A stretch of 64,000 nucleotides of DNA. Source: a virus (lineage: Duplodnaviria > Caudoviricetes). Shown one piece after another: positions 52,499 through 63,000 of this stretch (position 1 is its first letter; each line of letters begins with the position of its first letter). Both the position numbers and the translations under genes were made by a program. The stretch lies in the IMG/VR virus record IMGVR_UViG_3300014204_000009, positions 27,966 to 91,965 of that record, one strand, 5' to 3'. The notes below the pieces were generated by a model that did no database searches, had not been told where the DNA came from, and saw only the letters and a list, made by a program, of their open reading frames with translations.

Positions 52499-53869
52499 AT
52501 GCCTGAAGATCAAATTAAAATTACGCTTGGAGATCCTGCTGTACGTACAAATCAAGTAGTAGATGAAACTAATCTTGATGATCATTCTAATGATAATGTA
52601 GATACAAGTAAGGATCAGAATCTAAATACACCTACAATTACAGATGAAACTGTGGATTTTGATGGTGTAGTTTACAAACTAAATACTAATGGTGAAGCAG
52701 TAGATGATGCTGGTAAAGTTGTAAAAACTAAAGATGAAGTTCTTGCAATTAAACCTGTTGAAAAGGTTATTCCTCCTGCAACTAAAGTTAGTATTGATGA
52801 TAAGGATTATACTATTGATGAAAATGGTAATGCTATTAATGAGAACAATGAAATAGTATATACTAAAGACCAGATTGATAAAATGTCTGATGAAACTCCT
52901 GCTGGAGAATTAGATGTTCCTACTTTAATAAAAGAAGTTGGTATACCTATTTATGATTCAGAGGGAAATGAAGTTGTATATGAAAATACTACAAAAGGAT
53001 TAAGTAATTATATTGTAGATCTTAGAGATACTTCTCGTGAAGAAGGTATAATTGATTTTCAGAATCAATTAGTCAACAAATTTCCTGTTATCAATGATGT
53101 TATAACTCATTTAGAGTTATATGGTAATATGAAAGATTTTAGTGAAACTCCTGATTATAGTAAAGTTACTCTTGATAAAGATAATACTAATCAGTTAGAA
53201 AGTATAATTATTCAAGGAAGAACTTTACGAGGTGAAACACCTGAACAAGCTAGAGAGTTTGTAGAATTTAAAAAAGCTGGTAAAGCTTTGTATGAAGCTG
53301 CAAGTAGTGAGTTAGAGTCTATCACTAAATATTATGATCAGGTTAAGCAAACTAAAGAACAGCAATTAACTGAAAAGAGAAATGCTGAAGCTAAACAGGT
53401 TGAGGATTACTGGGGTGTAAAAGTCACTAAAGAAGGTAAACTTCAACCTGTTAATAAAGTAGGAAGTGTATATGATACATTAGCAAAGGGAACAGTTAAA
53501 ATAGGTGATGATACCTATACTATTCCTGATAAGATTAGATATGAGCGTGGAGGTAAAGTTGAATTTGCTACACGTCAAGACTTCTTTAATTATTTATATA
53601 TTCCTAGAGAGATTAATACTCCTGAAGGTAAAGTAACTATGACTGCATATGATTATGATCTTGCTGTACAAAATCAAAGTCGTACTATAGGAAATGATAT
53701 CATAGATGCTCTTAAAGTATTTACTGGTGGAGATTTAAGTCAAATTATTAAACAAGCTATTAAAGAAAATAAAGTGGCTGAAATAAGGAAGTTAAGAACA
53801 GTTAATAGTGATGCCAGTAAAACTGGTGATCATTCTGCTGAGAAAAAGATTATTCTTAAACGTACTTAA
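52499..53869 (+). CDS. Acidic scaffold-like head protein
   Basis: Acidic N-terminus; between portal and MCP. Confidence 0.65.
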   Translation: MPEDQIKITLGDPAVRTNQVVDETNLDDHSNDNVDTSKDQNLNTPTITDETVDFDGVVYKLNTNGEAVDDAGKVVKTKDEVLAIKPVEKVIPPATKVSIDDKDYTIDENGNAINENNEIVYTKDQIDKMSDETPAGELDVPTLIKEVGIPIYDSEGNEVVYENTTKGLSNYIVDLRDTSREEGIIDFQNQLVNKFPVINDVITHLELYGNMKDFSETPDYSKVTLDKDNTNQLESIIIQGRTLRGETPEQAREFVEFKKAGKALYEAASSELESITKYYDQVKQTKEQQLTEKRNAEAKQVEDYWGVKVTKEGKLQPVNKVGSVYDTLAKGTVKIGDDTYTIPDKIRYERGGKVEFATRQDFFNYLYIPREINTPEGKVTMTAYDYDLAVQNQSRTIGNDIIDALKVFTGGDLSQIIKQAIKENKVAEIRKLRTVNSDASKTGDHSAEKKIILKRT

Positions 53870-53914
53870 TTCAGTATTTATATTGGTAATTAATTTTATA
53901 ACATTAATTTAAAA

Positions 53915-55393
53915 ATGAAAGAACTGTATAGTGATACCTATAATAATGAAAGGTATACTGATGTAAATGTGTTGTATAAAAACAAACTTATTGATCCTGT
54001 GCAGCTTAGTTCTGCACTTACATATCTTTGGGGAAAAGATAGTGAAATGTTTCCTTTGTTAAGTCTTACTGAAGGTCAAAATGGACTTGTTTCATTATCT
54101 CCTAAGTTGCTTAATGATACTCAATATGTATGGAATGTTATGGGTCGTATGTCCCATGTTTCTAAAGTTGTATCTCTTGTTACTGCTACAACTTATCCTG
54201 GTCAGGATTATCAGCCTTTCGAAGTTATTATGGAAGGTGATGAATTTCTTAGATTTTATGGTGCTACTACAGCAGATAAATTAAATAATCTTCGTATACA
54301 AGCTGATCCTATTAGACTTGGTGCGAATAGATACAAATATACATTTAGGATTAATACAGCTAATAAAGCTGAATATGTAGTTGCTTCTAACTTTACTCCT
54401 GGTACTTACTGGGTTATGGCTCCTCCTTCTGTTGCAGGTCAGTATTCTGATGGAACATCAAGTAGAAGTCAATCTCCAGGAAAGTGGACTAATCAGTTTG
54501 GTTTCTTACGTTTCTCTAAGAATATTAGTGGGAATGTAGCTAATAAAGTTACCAACATTGAATTTGATCTTGAAGGTGGTGGTACTACTAATTTATGGAT
54601 GCCACACGAAATGCGGCAATTTGAAATTGACCGAAGGCTTATGCTAGAGGAAGATTTGTGGGAATCTGTATATAATAGGGATGAATATGGAGTTATACAT
54701 CTTATTGATGAACAGACTAATCAACCTATTCCTAAAGGTGCTGGTGTAAAAGAAATTCTTAAAACTACTGATCAATATGAAACTTTCTCTACTCTTACAG
54801 TAGATAAACTTGATAGTGTAGTTAATCGTTTGTTTAGTAATAGGATTGACAAAACTCCTATGGAACTTGTAATGTATACTGGTTCTGGTGGGTTAAGTAT
54901 GTTTAATAAAGCTATTAAAATAGATGCTGCTGGAAATTCTTATTATACTCCTCTTGGTGCTCAAGAAATAATGAGTGGTAAAGATGGATATTTATCATAT
55001 GGTAAGTACTTTAATCAGTATAAAACTGTAGATGGACATATTCTTACTATGAAGCGTGCTTCTATTTTTGATAATGGATTACAGGCTGAATTAGATAAGG
55101 CTAATGGTAAGATGTATTTGGGATATCCTGAATCTTCATATGATATTATAATTCTTGACCAGTCTATGACAGATGGTGGAGAACGCAATATTCAACTTGT
55201 TGCTGAAAAAGGACGTGAAATTCTTACTGGTGTATATAAAGGACTTACTCCTCTTCCTGGTTCATGGGGTGCTATTGGTGATGGTAAACTCTTAAGTTCT
55301 AAGAAAGATGAAGCTTCTTATGAAGTGTTTGTTTCTCAGGGATTAACTATGAGGAATTATACCACATCTTACTATATGAAATTCTCTCGCTAA
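53915..55393 (+). CDS. Major capsid protein
   Basis: FPLLSLTEG, TNLWM, PIPKGAGV, MYTGSGG, FNQYKTVDGH; crAss MCP size and position. Confidence 0.9.
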   Translation: MKELYSDTYNNERYTDVNVLYKNKLIDPVQLSSALTYLWGKDSEMFPLLSLTEGQNGLVSLSPKLLNDTQYVWNVMGRMSHVSKVVSLVTATTYPGQDYQPFEVIMEGDEFLRFYGATTADKLNNLRIQADPIRLGANRYKYTFRINTANKAEYVVASNFTPGTYWVMAPPSVAGQYSDGTSSRSQSPGKWTNQFGFLRFSKNISGNVANKVTNIEFDLEGGGTTNLWMPHEMRQFEIDRRLMLEEDLWESVYNRDEYGVIHLIDEQTNQPIPKGAGVKEILKTTDQYETFSTLTVDKLDSVVNRLFSNRIDKTPMELVMYTGSGGLSMFNKAIKIDAAGNSYYTPLGAQEIMSGKDGYLSYGKYFNQYKTVDGHILTMKRASIFDNGLQAELDKANGKMYLGYPESSYDIIILDQSMTDGGERNIQLVAEKGREILTGVYKGLTPLPGSWGAIGDGKLLSSKKDEASYEVFVSQGLTMRNYTTSYYMKFSR

Positions 55394-55445
55394 TAAATAT
55401 CTTATATTATAATATATAAAAGATTTAACTTATAAATATATAAAT

Positions 55446-56642
55446 ATGATTACTCTATCTAGAAAATATGAATTGATTGTAAAAGCTAATACAAGTGCAT
55501 ATTTGTTAGCTAATATAAAGGTTATTGTACCTGGACCTAAGATTATTGGTTCTTCTATTACTGGTGTTAATAAAATGATTAGTTTATCTAATGAACTTAA
55601 AGTACTCATGCCATCTATCATTGGTTTATCTAGTACATCTAGTGATTGGGATAAAATGGTTAAGAGATATTGGGATAGTTTATCAGAGCAAATTAATCCT
55701 ATTGGTAAGACTTTAGAAACAGGTTTTACATATGATATGACAGATACTTCAAAAACTGAATATATTATTGAGATTAATAAACAAATTGAAAATAATAAAG
55801 GTACTAAAATAACTACTGATGAAGGTTTGAAAAATTATATATATGAAAGATTAACTAAAGTTGAAGAAACGTATAATATTACTGTTATAAATGCTAATAA
55901 ACTCCAAGAAAGAGAAAAGGAAGAAGCACTCAAAGATGCTTATGATACTAAATATAATGCTATTTGGAATATTGAAGCTGATCATTATAAGGTAGGAACT
56001 CCTATCAATCCTTTTGAATATCTACTTTGGAAATATTGTCTTGTATATGGTGATGTTGCTAATGAGTTTTCTTTTGCTAATAAAAGTACTAAGATTAGAT
56101 TCTATCTTAGTAGTGAAGATGCTAAAAGGGAACTTGAAAGAATTAAGATTAAAACTACTAACCAAGCTATGGCAGCTTATCTTAAAATAATTGCCTCTCG
56201 TAATGAAGTAATTAATATTTTATTTGCTATGGGCTTAGGTGATATTATATTTAATATAGCTAAAACTGCTAGTGGAGAAGATCTTGATTTGCAACTTCAT
56301 GTACTTTTAAAGAATGAAATGGATAAAGACCCTGCTAAATTTATAGCCTCTGCATCTGATAAGAATGTTGCATATAAAGGATTAGTTGAAAAGTATATTG
56401 CATACAATGTTCTTAGAAGGTTGCAAGGAACTAATATTATAGTAGATTACTCTGATAGTGCAAAAGTTATTGGAAGTAGTCTTGAAGATGCAGTAAGTTA
56501 CTTTAATAACAAAGAAAATGCTGCATATATAAGTGAACTTGAAACTAAATTTAAAGATTTAAATTCTAAACTTGAAACTCCTATTAAAAAGGTTGAAGAT
56601 AATAAACCTAACATAGGTAAAGATGGTGAATCTAAATCTTAG
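55446..56642 (+). CDS. Conserved crAss-like post-capsid protein
   Basis: PINPFEYLLWKYCL..VA, IRFYL, IGSSLEDAV.YF. Confidence 0.7.
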   Translation: MITLSRKYELIVKANTSAYLLANIKVIVPGPKIIGSSITGVNKMISLSNELKVLMPSIIGLSSTSSDWDKMVKRYWDSLSEQINPIGKTLETGFTYDMTDTSKTEYIIEINKQIENNKGTKITTDEGLKNYIYERLTKVEETYNITVINANKLQEREKEEALKDAYDTKYNAIWNIEADHYKVGTPINPFEYLLWKYCLVYGDVANEFSFANKSTKIRFYLSSEDAKRELERIKIKTTNQAMAAYLKIIASRNEVINILFAMGLGDIIFNIAKTASGEDLDLQLHVLLKNEMDKDPAKFIASASDKNVAYKGLVEKYIAYNVLRRLQGTNIIVDYSDSAKVIGSSLEDAVSYFNNKENAAYISELETKFKDLNSKLETPIKKVEDNKPNIGKDGESKS

Positions 56643-56672
56643 GTAAAAAACTTTAATTGATAAACTAATAAA

Positions 56673-57602
56673 ATGAAACAAATATTAATTGGTCGAAGTA
56701 CTGTTATATATGGATATAATTCTTGCGATGATGTTGATGAAGTATACTCGGCTTTAGCAACTGGTGCTCTTGTAGCATTTGCATCTGATGGAACATATCT
56801 TGATGGCTCTACTACTGAATTATTTAAAGACTTCTATTTTTGCTTAGGTACACCTGAAGGTGCAATTACTACACCTTTGATTAATTATAAAACCTTTGCT
56901 TACAAAAAAACAGTGTATGTTGCTCCTGTACTTCCTATTATTATAGTAGGTGCTGAAACAGGTGGTAATGGTGTTCTTAATTTTCCTGCTTCTTTAACTT
57001 CTTATATTGGTAAGTCAGCAAGTATGTTGATTATTGATAAAAGAAAACAACCTAATGATAAATCTCGTGAACATTGGTATACTGTTCCTATTACTTCAGT
57101 ATCTACTAATCTTACTATTTTAACAGCATTAGTTGCTGCTATTAATGCTGATACTAACCATATTTGTACTGCTGCTGTAGCTGCAGGAAATGCTGGTATA
57201 GTACTAACTGCTCTTTATGGAGATATGGCTTATGCTAACATGGGAGGTGTATTTGAATCTACCACATTAGCTACTAGTGGTGGATCATTCCAAGCTTATG
57301 TAGAAGGTACTGGAACTTATGCTGAAATTTCTCAGTTAGAACAGGATTATAGTCCTCTTCGTGGGAATATTAATTCTAATGTGCTTACTACTGTATTATG
57401 GAGTCCTACTAAAATGGCTGTTAGTGGTATAACATATACTGTTTATTCTATTACTTGGACTTCTGCTCAAACTCAATTGGATAGAAATGCTAATTTTGAG
57501 AATAATTTACTTATTGCTGTAGCTTCTGGTGATAGTGCATTAATTGCTATATTAGATGCCCTTTTTGCAGTAGTAAATGTTGCTGCTGATGCAATTGAAT
57601 AG
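56673..57602 (+). CDS. Putative auxiliary capsid protein
   Basis: Ala/Thr/Gly-rich beta protein, synteny, followed by terminator. Confidence 0.6.
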   Translation: MKQILIGRSTVIYGYNSCDDVDEVYSALATGALVAFASDGTYLDGSTTELFKDFYFCLGTPEGAITTPLINYKTFAYKKTVYVAPVLPIIIVGAETGGNGVLNFPASLTSYIGKSASMLIIDKRKQPNDKSREHWYTVPITSVSTNLTILTALVAAINADTNHICTAAVAAGNAGIVLTALYGDMAYANMGGVFESTTLATSGGSFQAYVEGTGTYAEISQLEQDYSPLRGNINSNVLTTVLWSPTKMAVSGITYTVYSITWTSAQTQLDRNANFENNLLIAVASGDSALIAILDALFAVVNVAADAIE

Positions 57603-57620
57603 TTTAATCTATTAACTATT

Positions 57621-57645
57621 GAGGGAGAGTTTATTACTCTCCCTC
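57621..57645 (+). terminator. Hairpin terminator
   Basis: gagggagagt-ttatt-actctccctc. Confidence 0.8.
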
Positions 57646-57660
57646 TTAATATAACTAGAA

Positions 57661-58929
57661 ATGAATGTAAGTACAATGCATATTGGTATAGAATTAGGTC
57701 TACAAGAACTTAATTCTAATTTATGGAATACTCTTCAACATGAAGAAAAAGATTATTATATAAATAGGATTATAGAAAACTTTGTTAGAGCTGTTGCCCT
57801 TAAAGAAGATAATGATATTAAGAGTATTATATCTTATGCAGATATTCAAAAATATTATGAAACTATAAATCCATTTATTAGAGATATTATAACCAGTTTT
57901 ATTAACTATGAATCTGAAGGATATATAGAATGTATTATTCCTAGAGATAATACAATTGGTGAAGTGGATACTACTAATGGAATGCTATATGATGGAGTAA
58001 CATATAGAGTTCAAACTCCTGGATATACTGATTTATCTGGGTTTGGATATTTTAATATTGGTAGTCAAGTTGTAAATGATGAATTTATATGTGATATAGT
58101 TGAAGTAACTTCTCTTGCTAGTTATAATGTATGGAAAGGTGAGATTTATAGAATTATAAATAATCCTGAAAATATAGACTTTACATCTTATGGAGCTACT
58201 TCTAATGAACCTGGTTCTCAATTTACAGTTAATGCTGATAATCTTATTGAAGATGATCATGTTATTACTTTAAAACCATTACTTGCTAAACCTAATTGGG
58301 CTGGACCAGTTATACTTAATCCTGGTGATCCTACTGGGCCTACTGAACTTGTTGCAGTAGATAATTTAGGAAAGTTTGAATTTATATCTAGTGAATCTTT
58401 TACAGCTTGTGGTTTATTTCTTAATTCAGGAGTACTTGAAAAAGATCAATATTATGGAGTTTTAGTAACTGGTACTACTGATCTTAGAACTTATGGTGCA
58501 TATACTAGTTCAATGAATGATGTGAATTTAGTATTTAAATGTATACTAGATGGAACTCCTACTTGGAGTGGAGGTACTAGACTAATAAAACTTAATAAAG
58601 TTCCTAATAGATTAGTTAAGTATCAAGATAAAGGTACTTTTCTTAATCATGCATATGGTACTTTACAAACAAGTCCTGTTTCTACTATGATAGATAATAA
58701 ACTTAGAGTTTATCATGATAGAAAATTTACTATTTTTGGAGTATATATTCAATATGTTAAAACTCCTAATGTTGTAGATTATAATTCTAATGTAGATTGT
58801 AATTTGCCTAATTCTATTCATGGTAAAATAGTAGATTGGACAGTAATGAAGATTGCAGGAGTTACTAATAATCCTGCCTATAATACTCAAAAAGACTTTG
58901 AAGTAACTGAAAAATCAATACCTAAATAA
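57661..58929 (+). CDS. Neck/ring (head-tail adaptor) protein with inserted repeat modules
   Basis: Ring-protein-like N-terminus (EEKDYYIN) and C-terminus (YVKTP..CNLP..IH..IVD). Confidence 0.7.
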   Translation: MNVSTMHIGIELGLQELNSNLWNTLQHEEKDYYINRIIENFVRAVALKEDNDIKSIISYADIQKYYETINPFIRDIITSFINYESEGYIECIIPRDNTIGEVDTTNGMLYDGVTYRVQTPGYTDLSGFGYFNIGSQVVNDEFICDIVEVTSLASYNVWKGEIYRIINNPENIDFTSYGATSNEPGSQFTVNADNLIEDDHVITLKPLLAKPNWAGPVILNPGDPTGPTELVAVDNLGKFEFISSESFTACGLFLNSGVLEKDQYYGVLVTGTTDLRTYGAYTSSMNDVNLVFKCILDGTPTWSGGTRLIKLNKVPNRLVKYQDKGTFLNHAYGTLQTSPVSTMIDNKLRVYHDRKFTIFGVYIQYVKTPNVVDYNSNVDCNLPNSIHGKIVDWTVMKIAGVTNNPAYNTQKDFEVTEKSIPK

Positions 58930-59690
58930 TGGACTACACTATAGAAATGATTGCTAGAGATATAGCAAAGATTACTATTGGAGTTAACAATTATGATGTT
59001 GCTCTTACTCCAGTTATAATAGATCATGATTCATATGCTGAAAGTGATGCTGATATAGCTATTTCTCCATCTGTTACTGCTGTTGATAATGTATATACTT
59101 TAGATGAAGTTGCTGATACTGAATATGAAATTACATTTAATGCTGATGGAGTATATAAATTATATATAACTGAAAATGATATTGATTATCTTCATATTAT
59201 TATAATTGCTAATACAGTTGATGATTATTTTGAAGATAAAATTCCTGATTTCTTATCAACTACTCCATTAAGTGAAGATGATAGTAATAGAGAGTATTAT
59301 GATTTCAATGTTATTACTGTTCTCACTATAAACTTCTTTGGAGAAACTAATCAGAATATATATTTAAATTATGAGGATATTACTAGTGGTATATTATATG
59401 AAGGTAATATTTATCAATGTAATAGTAGTGGAGCTGGAACATTTGATTGGCAAGATTCTAGTAATGAAGACTTATTAATGAATATGAATGGAAGTGCAGT
59501 TACTTCAAATAATCCATTGGTAGTTGATACATATTATAAATGTATTAAAACTGGAACTCCTACTAATTGGGGATCAGAAACTCCTACTGAAATTACTTTA
59601 TATTCTGATTATTTTGATACTTGGATTAAAAGAGTAGTTGATTCATTATATAAATTTAGTATATATAATCAAACTAATATAGATAATTAA
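58929..59690 (+). CDS. Acidic virion structural protein
   Basis: ADGVYKL; carries a related repeat module. Confidence 0.55.
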   Translation: MDYTIEMIARDIAKITIGVNNYDVALTPVIIDHDSYAESDADIAISPSVTAVDNVYTLDEVADTEYEITFNADGVYKLYITENDIDYLHIIIIANTVDDYFEDKIPDFLSTTPLSEDDSNREYYDFNVITVLTINFFGETNQNIYLNYEDITSGILYEGNIYQCNSSGAGTFDWQDSSNEDLLMNMNGSAVTSNNPLVVDTYYKCIKTGTPTNWGSETPTEITLYSDYFDTWIKRVVDSLYKFSIYNQTNIDN

Positions 59691-59694
59691 TATC

Positions 59695-60015
59695 ATGATT
59701 AATTCTAATATACCTTCTTTATTTGAACCTGTTTATTTTAAAGCTTTCCTAGTTAATTATATGGAAAGAGTTTCATTTTCTATGGTAAATGCTTTTACTG
59801 AAGAAGAACATCAAGGAAGTTCTAATTATTGGAAATTAAATCAACAGTTTATATTTGCTTATCTTTTTGGAAGATTAGTAAAAAAGAGATTATATTATGG
59901 AGAAACTCTTGAAGAAATAGAAGCTACATTTAGTATTGATGATATTAGAAGTAAACTAACTATTAATCATATTGATTTAGATAAAGTATATGAATCATTC
60001 AATATTACATATTAA
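59695..60015 (+). CDS. Hypothetical structural-module protein
   Basis: ORF in operon. Confidence 0.55.
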   Translation: MINSNIPSLFEPVYFKAFLVNYMERVSFSMVNAFTEEEHQGSSNYWKLNQQFIFAYLFGRLVKKRLYYGETLEEIEATFSIDDIRSKLTINHIDLDKVYESFNITY

Positions 60016-63000
60016 TAAAGTACGATTTACTCTATACCTTATATTTATATATAGTATATTGTTTTCATTTTCATCCTTTGCTCAAAACATTGAGGGTAAT
60101 AATGTTATACTACCTTTAACTACTGGTAGTGTAGGTAATATTAAAATGGGACAATGGTCAGCTATTAATATGTATGGTATTAAGAATATATATGTAGGTA
60201 ATGCTGCTAATTTAACTAGTCCTTATGCTGATAGTAATGTATCAGTTGGATTTGGTTCTTTACGATTACTAACTACTGGTTCTAGAAATACTATTATTGG
60301 TTCTCATGCAGGTGGTAAAATAACTACAGCTGATGGTAATATATGGATTGGTAATGAAGCTGGAGATGATACTACATTTAGATCATTAAATGATATTGGA
60401 GGAATTGATAATACTGATACTATTTGTCCTCTTATATCATTTGATTTTGCTAATAATGAAGTTAGAATTTGTGGTACATTAGATGTAAACAATGGTATAA
60501 CAGGACTTGATTCGGTATTATGGTATCTTGATGGGGATACTATTATAAATAAATCTAATCATCTAGTTAAAATAGATAATGATTTATATTTAACTGGACT
60601 TAGAAGTGAACCTAGAATTAATTATGTACTTACTTGGGAATACACTACTGGAAATGTACATTCTACTACTATTCAATCTTTAGCAGATACTCTTACAATA
60701 TATAATACAGGATATTGGGAATTAGTTAATGGTCATTTAGAAACTAAAGATATTGATTCTGTTTGGGCAGATATTATTAATACAGATACTATTACGAATT
60801 TATCAAAAGTGATTGGGGATAGTTGTTATTCTGAATTATGGTACTCTTTTGTATTGGGGGATGGGAATTATATTTATGGTCAGGATACAGGGGTTTCAAT
60901 TACGTTTACGATTGAAGGTGGGGATTGGGATATTAATGTTGGAGATAGTGCTATTGTGTATAAGACCTGTTCAGATATAGTTGGTTGTGAGGGGTGTATG
61001 GGGGAACCTATTGGTGATCCACCAGTTTACAGTCCAGATAGTTGTAATTTGGTTGATACACTTGATTATGTAAAATCTGCAATAACCGATATTGATTTTG
61101 TTAGTGGGGATTATGTTTATACAATAAGTATTGGAGCAACCCTGTGTGAAGATTTAACTTGTCCACATTTACCTACTGGGTTTTACCAGGCAGATGTTTA
61201 CCGATGGATTTGTGTAGATGTTTATGGGGACGATCCTGTTGTTATTGATGATTCTTTAGTTATTACAGAAGGAACTTATTTTGAAAGTGGTATCTATGTG
61301 GAACGAGATGAAATGCCATATCTTGAACCTTCTGATCCTAAATATGGTTTGGCTACCCTGAGAAAATTAGATGCTTCCACAAAACGACAATTGGCTATGA
61401 CTACCTATGAAGATGCCGCAGATAGTCTTACTCAGTACATTGATACTTATTGGAATTATGTAGATGCTACCCCTGACACAACCTCAAATAAATATCCCGG
61501 AATCGTTGACATCAAGGGAAATATAAATTTACAAACAACAACGAGTTCTTTTGGACAGATAACGCAAAATGGATATCGGCTTTTCAGTACCTATGGAACT
61601 GATGTGACACCTCCATACACCTTTAATACAATTTTTGGATTGAATAGTGGTAACTTTAGTTTCACCGGAGGGGACAATACGGCTTTTGGAACAAACATTT
61701 TCCTTGCTCTTTCAACAGGACATCACAATTCAGCCTTTGGTGTAACTGCATTGAGTTTGGTAACGACAGGGGATAATAATACGGCCATTGGAGCATTAGC
61801 ATTGCAGAACAACACAACGGGCGATGAGAATACAGCAGTTGGATTTTATTCATTATTGAATAATGTGGCTGGTCTTGGAAGCACCGCCATTGGATATAGG
61901 GCAATGATGTATGCTAATTCTACCGCAACACCAACCACTACTTACAATACAGCGGTTGGTTACGAGGCTATGAGGGGGAGTACGATTTCTGTTAACAATA
62001 CTGGTAAATATAATACAGCAGTTGGTTATCAGTCTTTAGATGCTATGACAAGTGGAGGTTACAACACTGTGGTGGGGGTGAGTGCTGGTGGAAAAATAAC
62101 AACTGGAAGCAACAATACACTTATTGGATATAATGCCGGGATTGATGTTACCACACAAGAAAGTATTACCGGTGTTGGGTTTTCTGCATTAGAAAGTAAT
62201 AGCGGGAATTGGTCAACCGGCATTGGGTATGATGTGATGCACTGGAATACTGGTAATTATTCTAATGGTGTCGGACATCAGGCATTATGGGGTAATATCG
62301 GGGACTATTCTAATGGATTTGGCAATAATGCGTTACTTAAAAATGAAGCTGATTTCTCAAATGGTTTCGGGGATGGGGCATTATATAATAATATGGGTAT
62401 TGGCTCGAATGGTTTTGGACATAATGTCCTCTATTATAATGAGGGCGACTCTAATATTGCTTTTGGACATCTGGCTTTTAATGATTTCAACCTAAGCACT
62501 TCGGCAGAAAAAACATTTGCCTATACGGATATTGATGTTAATGATTATATAAACATTGCAGGGCATGGCTTTGGTTCAGCAGGAAGTTATGTGTTATTGA
62601 AATATTCAGAAGGAACATCCCCTATTGGTGGAATGACTAATGGAACGGTTTATGAGTTTTATATCGAAGATGCCACAAAGTTATATGTAATGACTACCGT
62701 GATAACCTCACATGGCACAGGTACAGGACATAAACTCACTCCTCAACATGTTTATTCTAATTCTATTGCCATTGGGTATAATGCCGAGCCTACAGGTAGT
62801 AATCAGATAAGGCTTGGAAATTCTGCTATTGAACACACCTATATTCCGCTTGATTCGGCCTCTGCTACTTATGGGGTTTATTACGATGCTGTTGCTAATG
62901 AATTGGTTTATAATATTACTGGAATTGGCGGTATTACCTCACATTCCGGTTTAGATAATCTTGATAATGATGATCATCTACAATATGCTCTTTTAAATGG

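Noticed and set aside
28538-55393. Introns or inteins in PolB, TerL, MCP
   Set aside because: ORFs are contiguous, of ordinary size, with no intein or homing-endonuclease motifs seen
60031-60062. Late-promoter motif similar to 43741-43767 (tataccttat...tatagtatatt)
   Set aside because: Falls within the signal-peptide coding sequence and lacks the TTTG end; similarity may be chance in AT-rich DNA
2281-62495. Short antisense or out-of-frame ORFs nested in larger genes (e.g. 2281-2472, 5523-5708, 9554-9964, 30572-30946, 44796-45155, 61662-61904, 62265-62495)
   Set aside because: Shadow ORFs of well-supported genes
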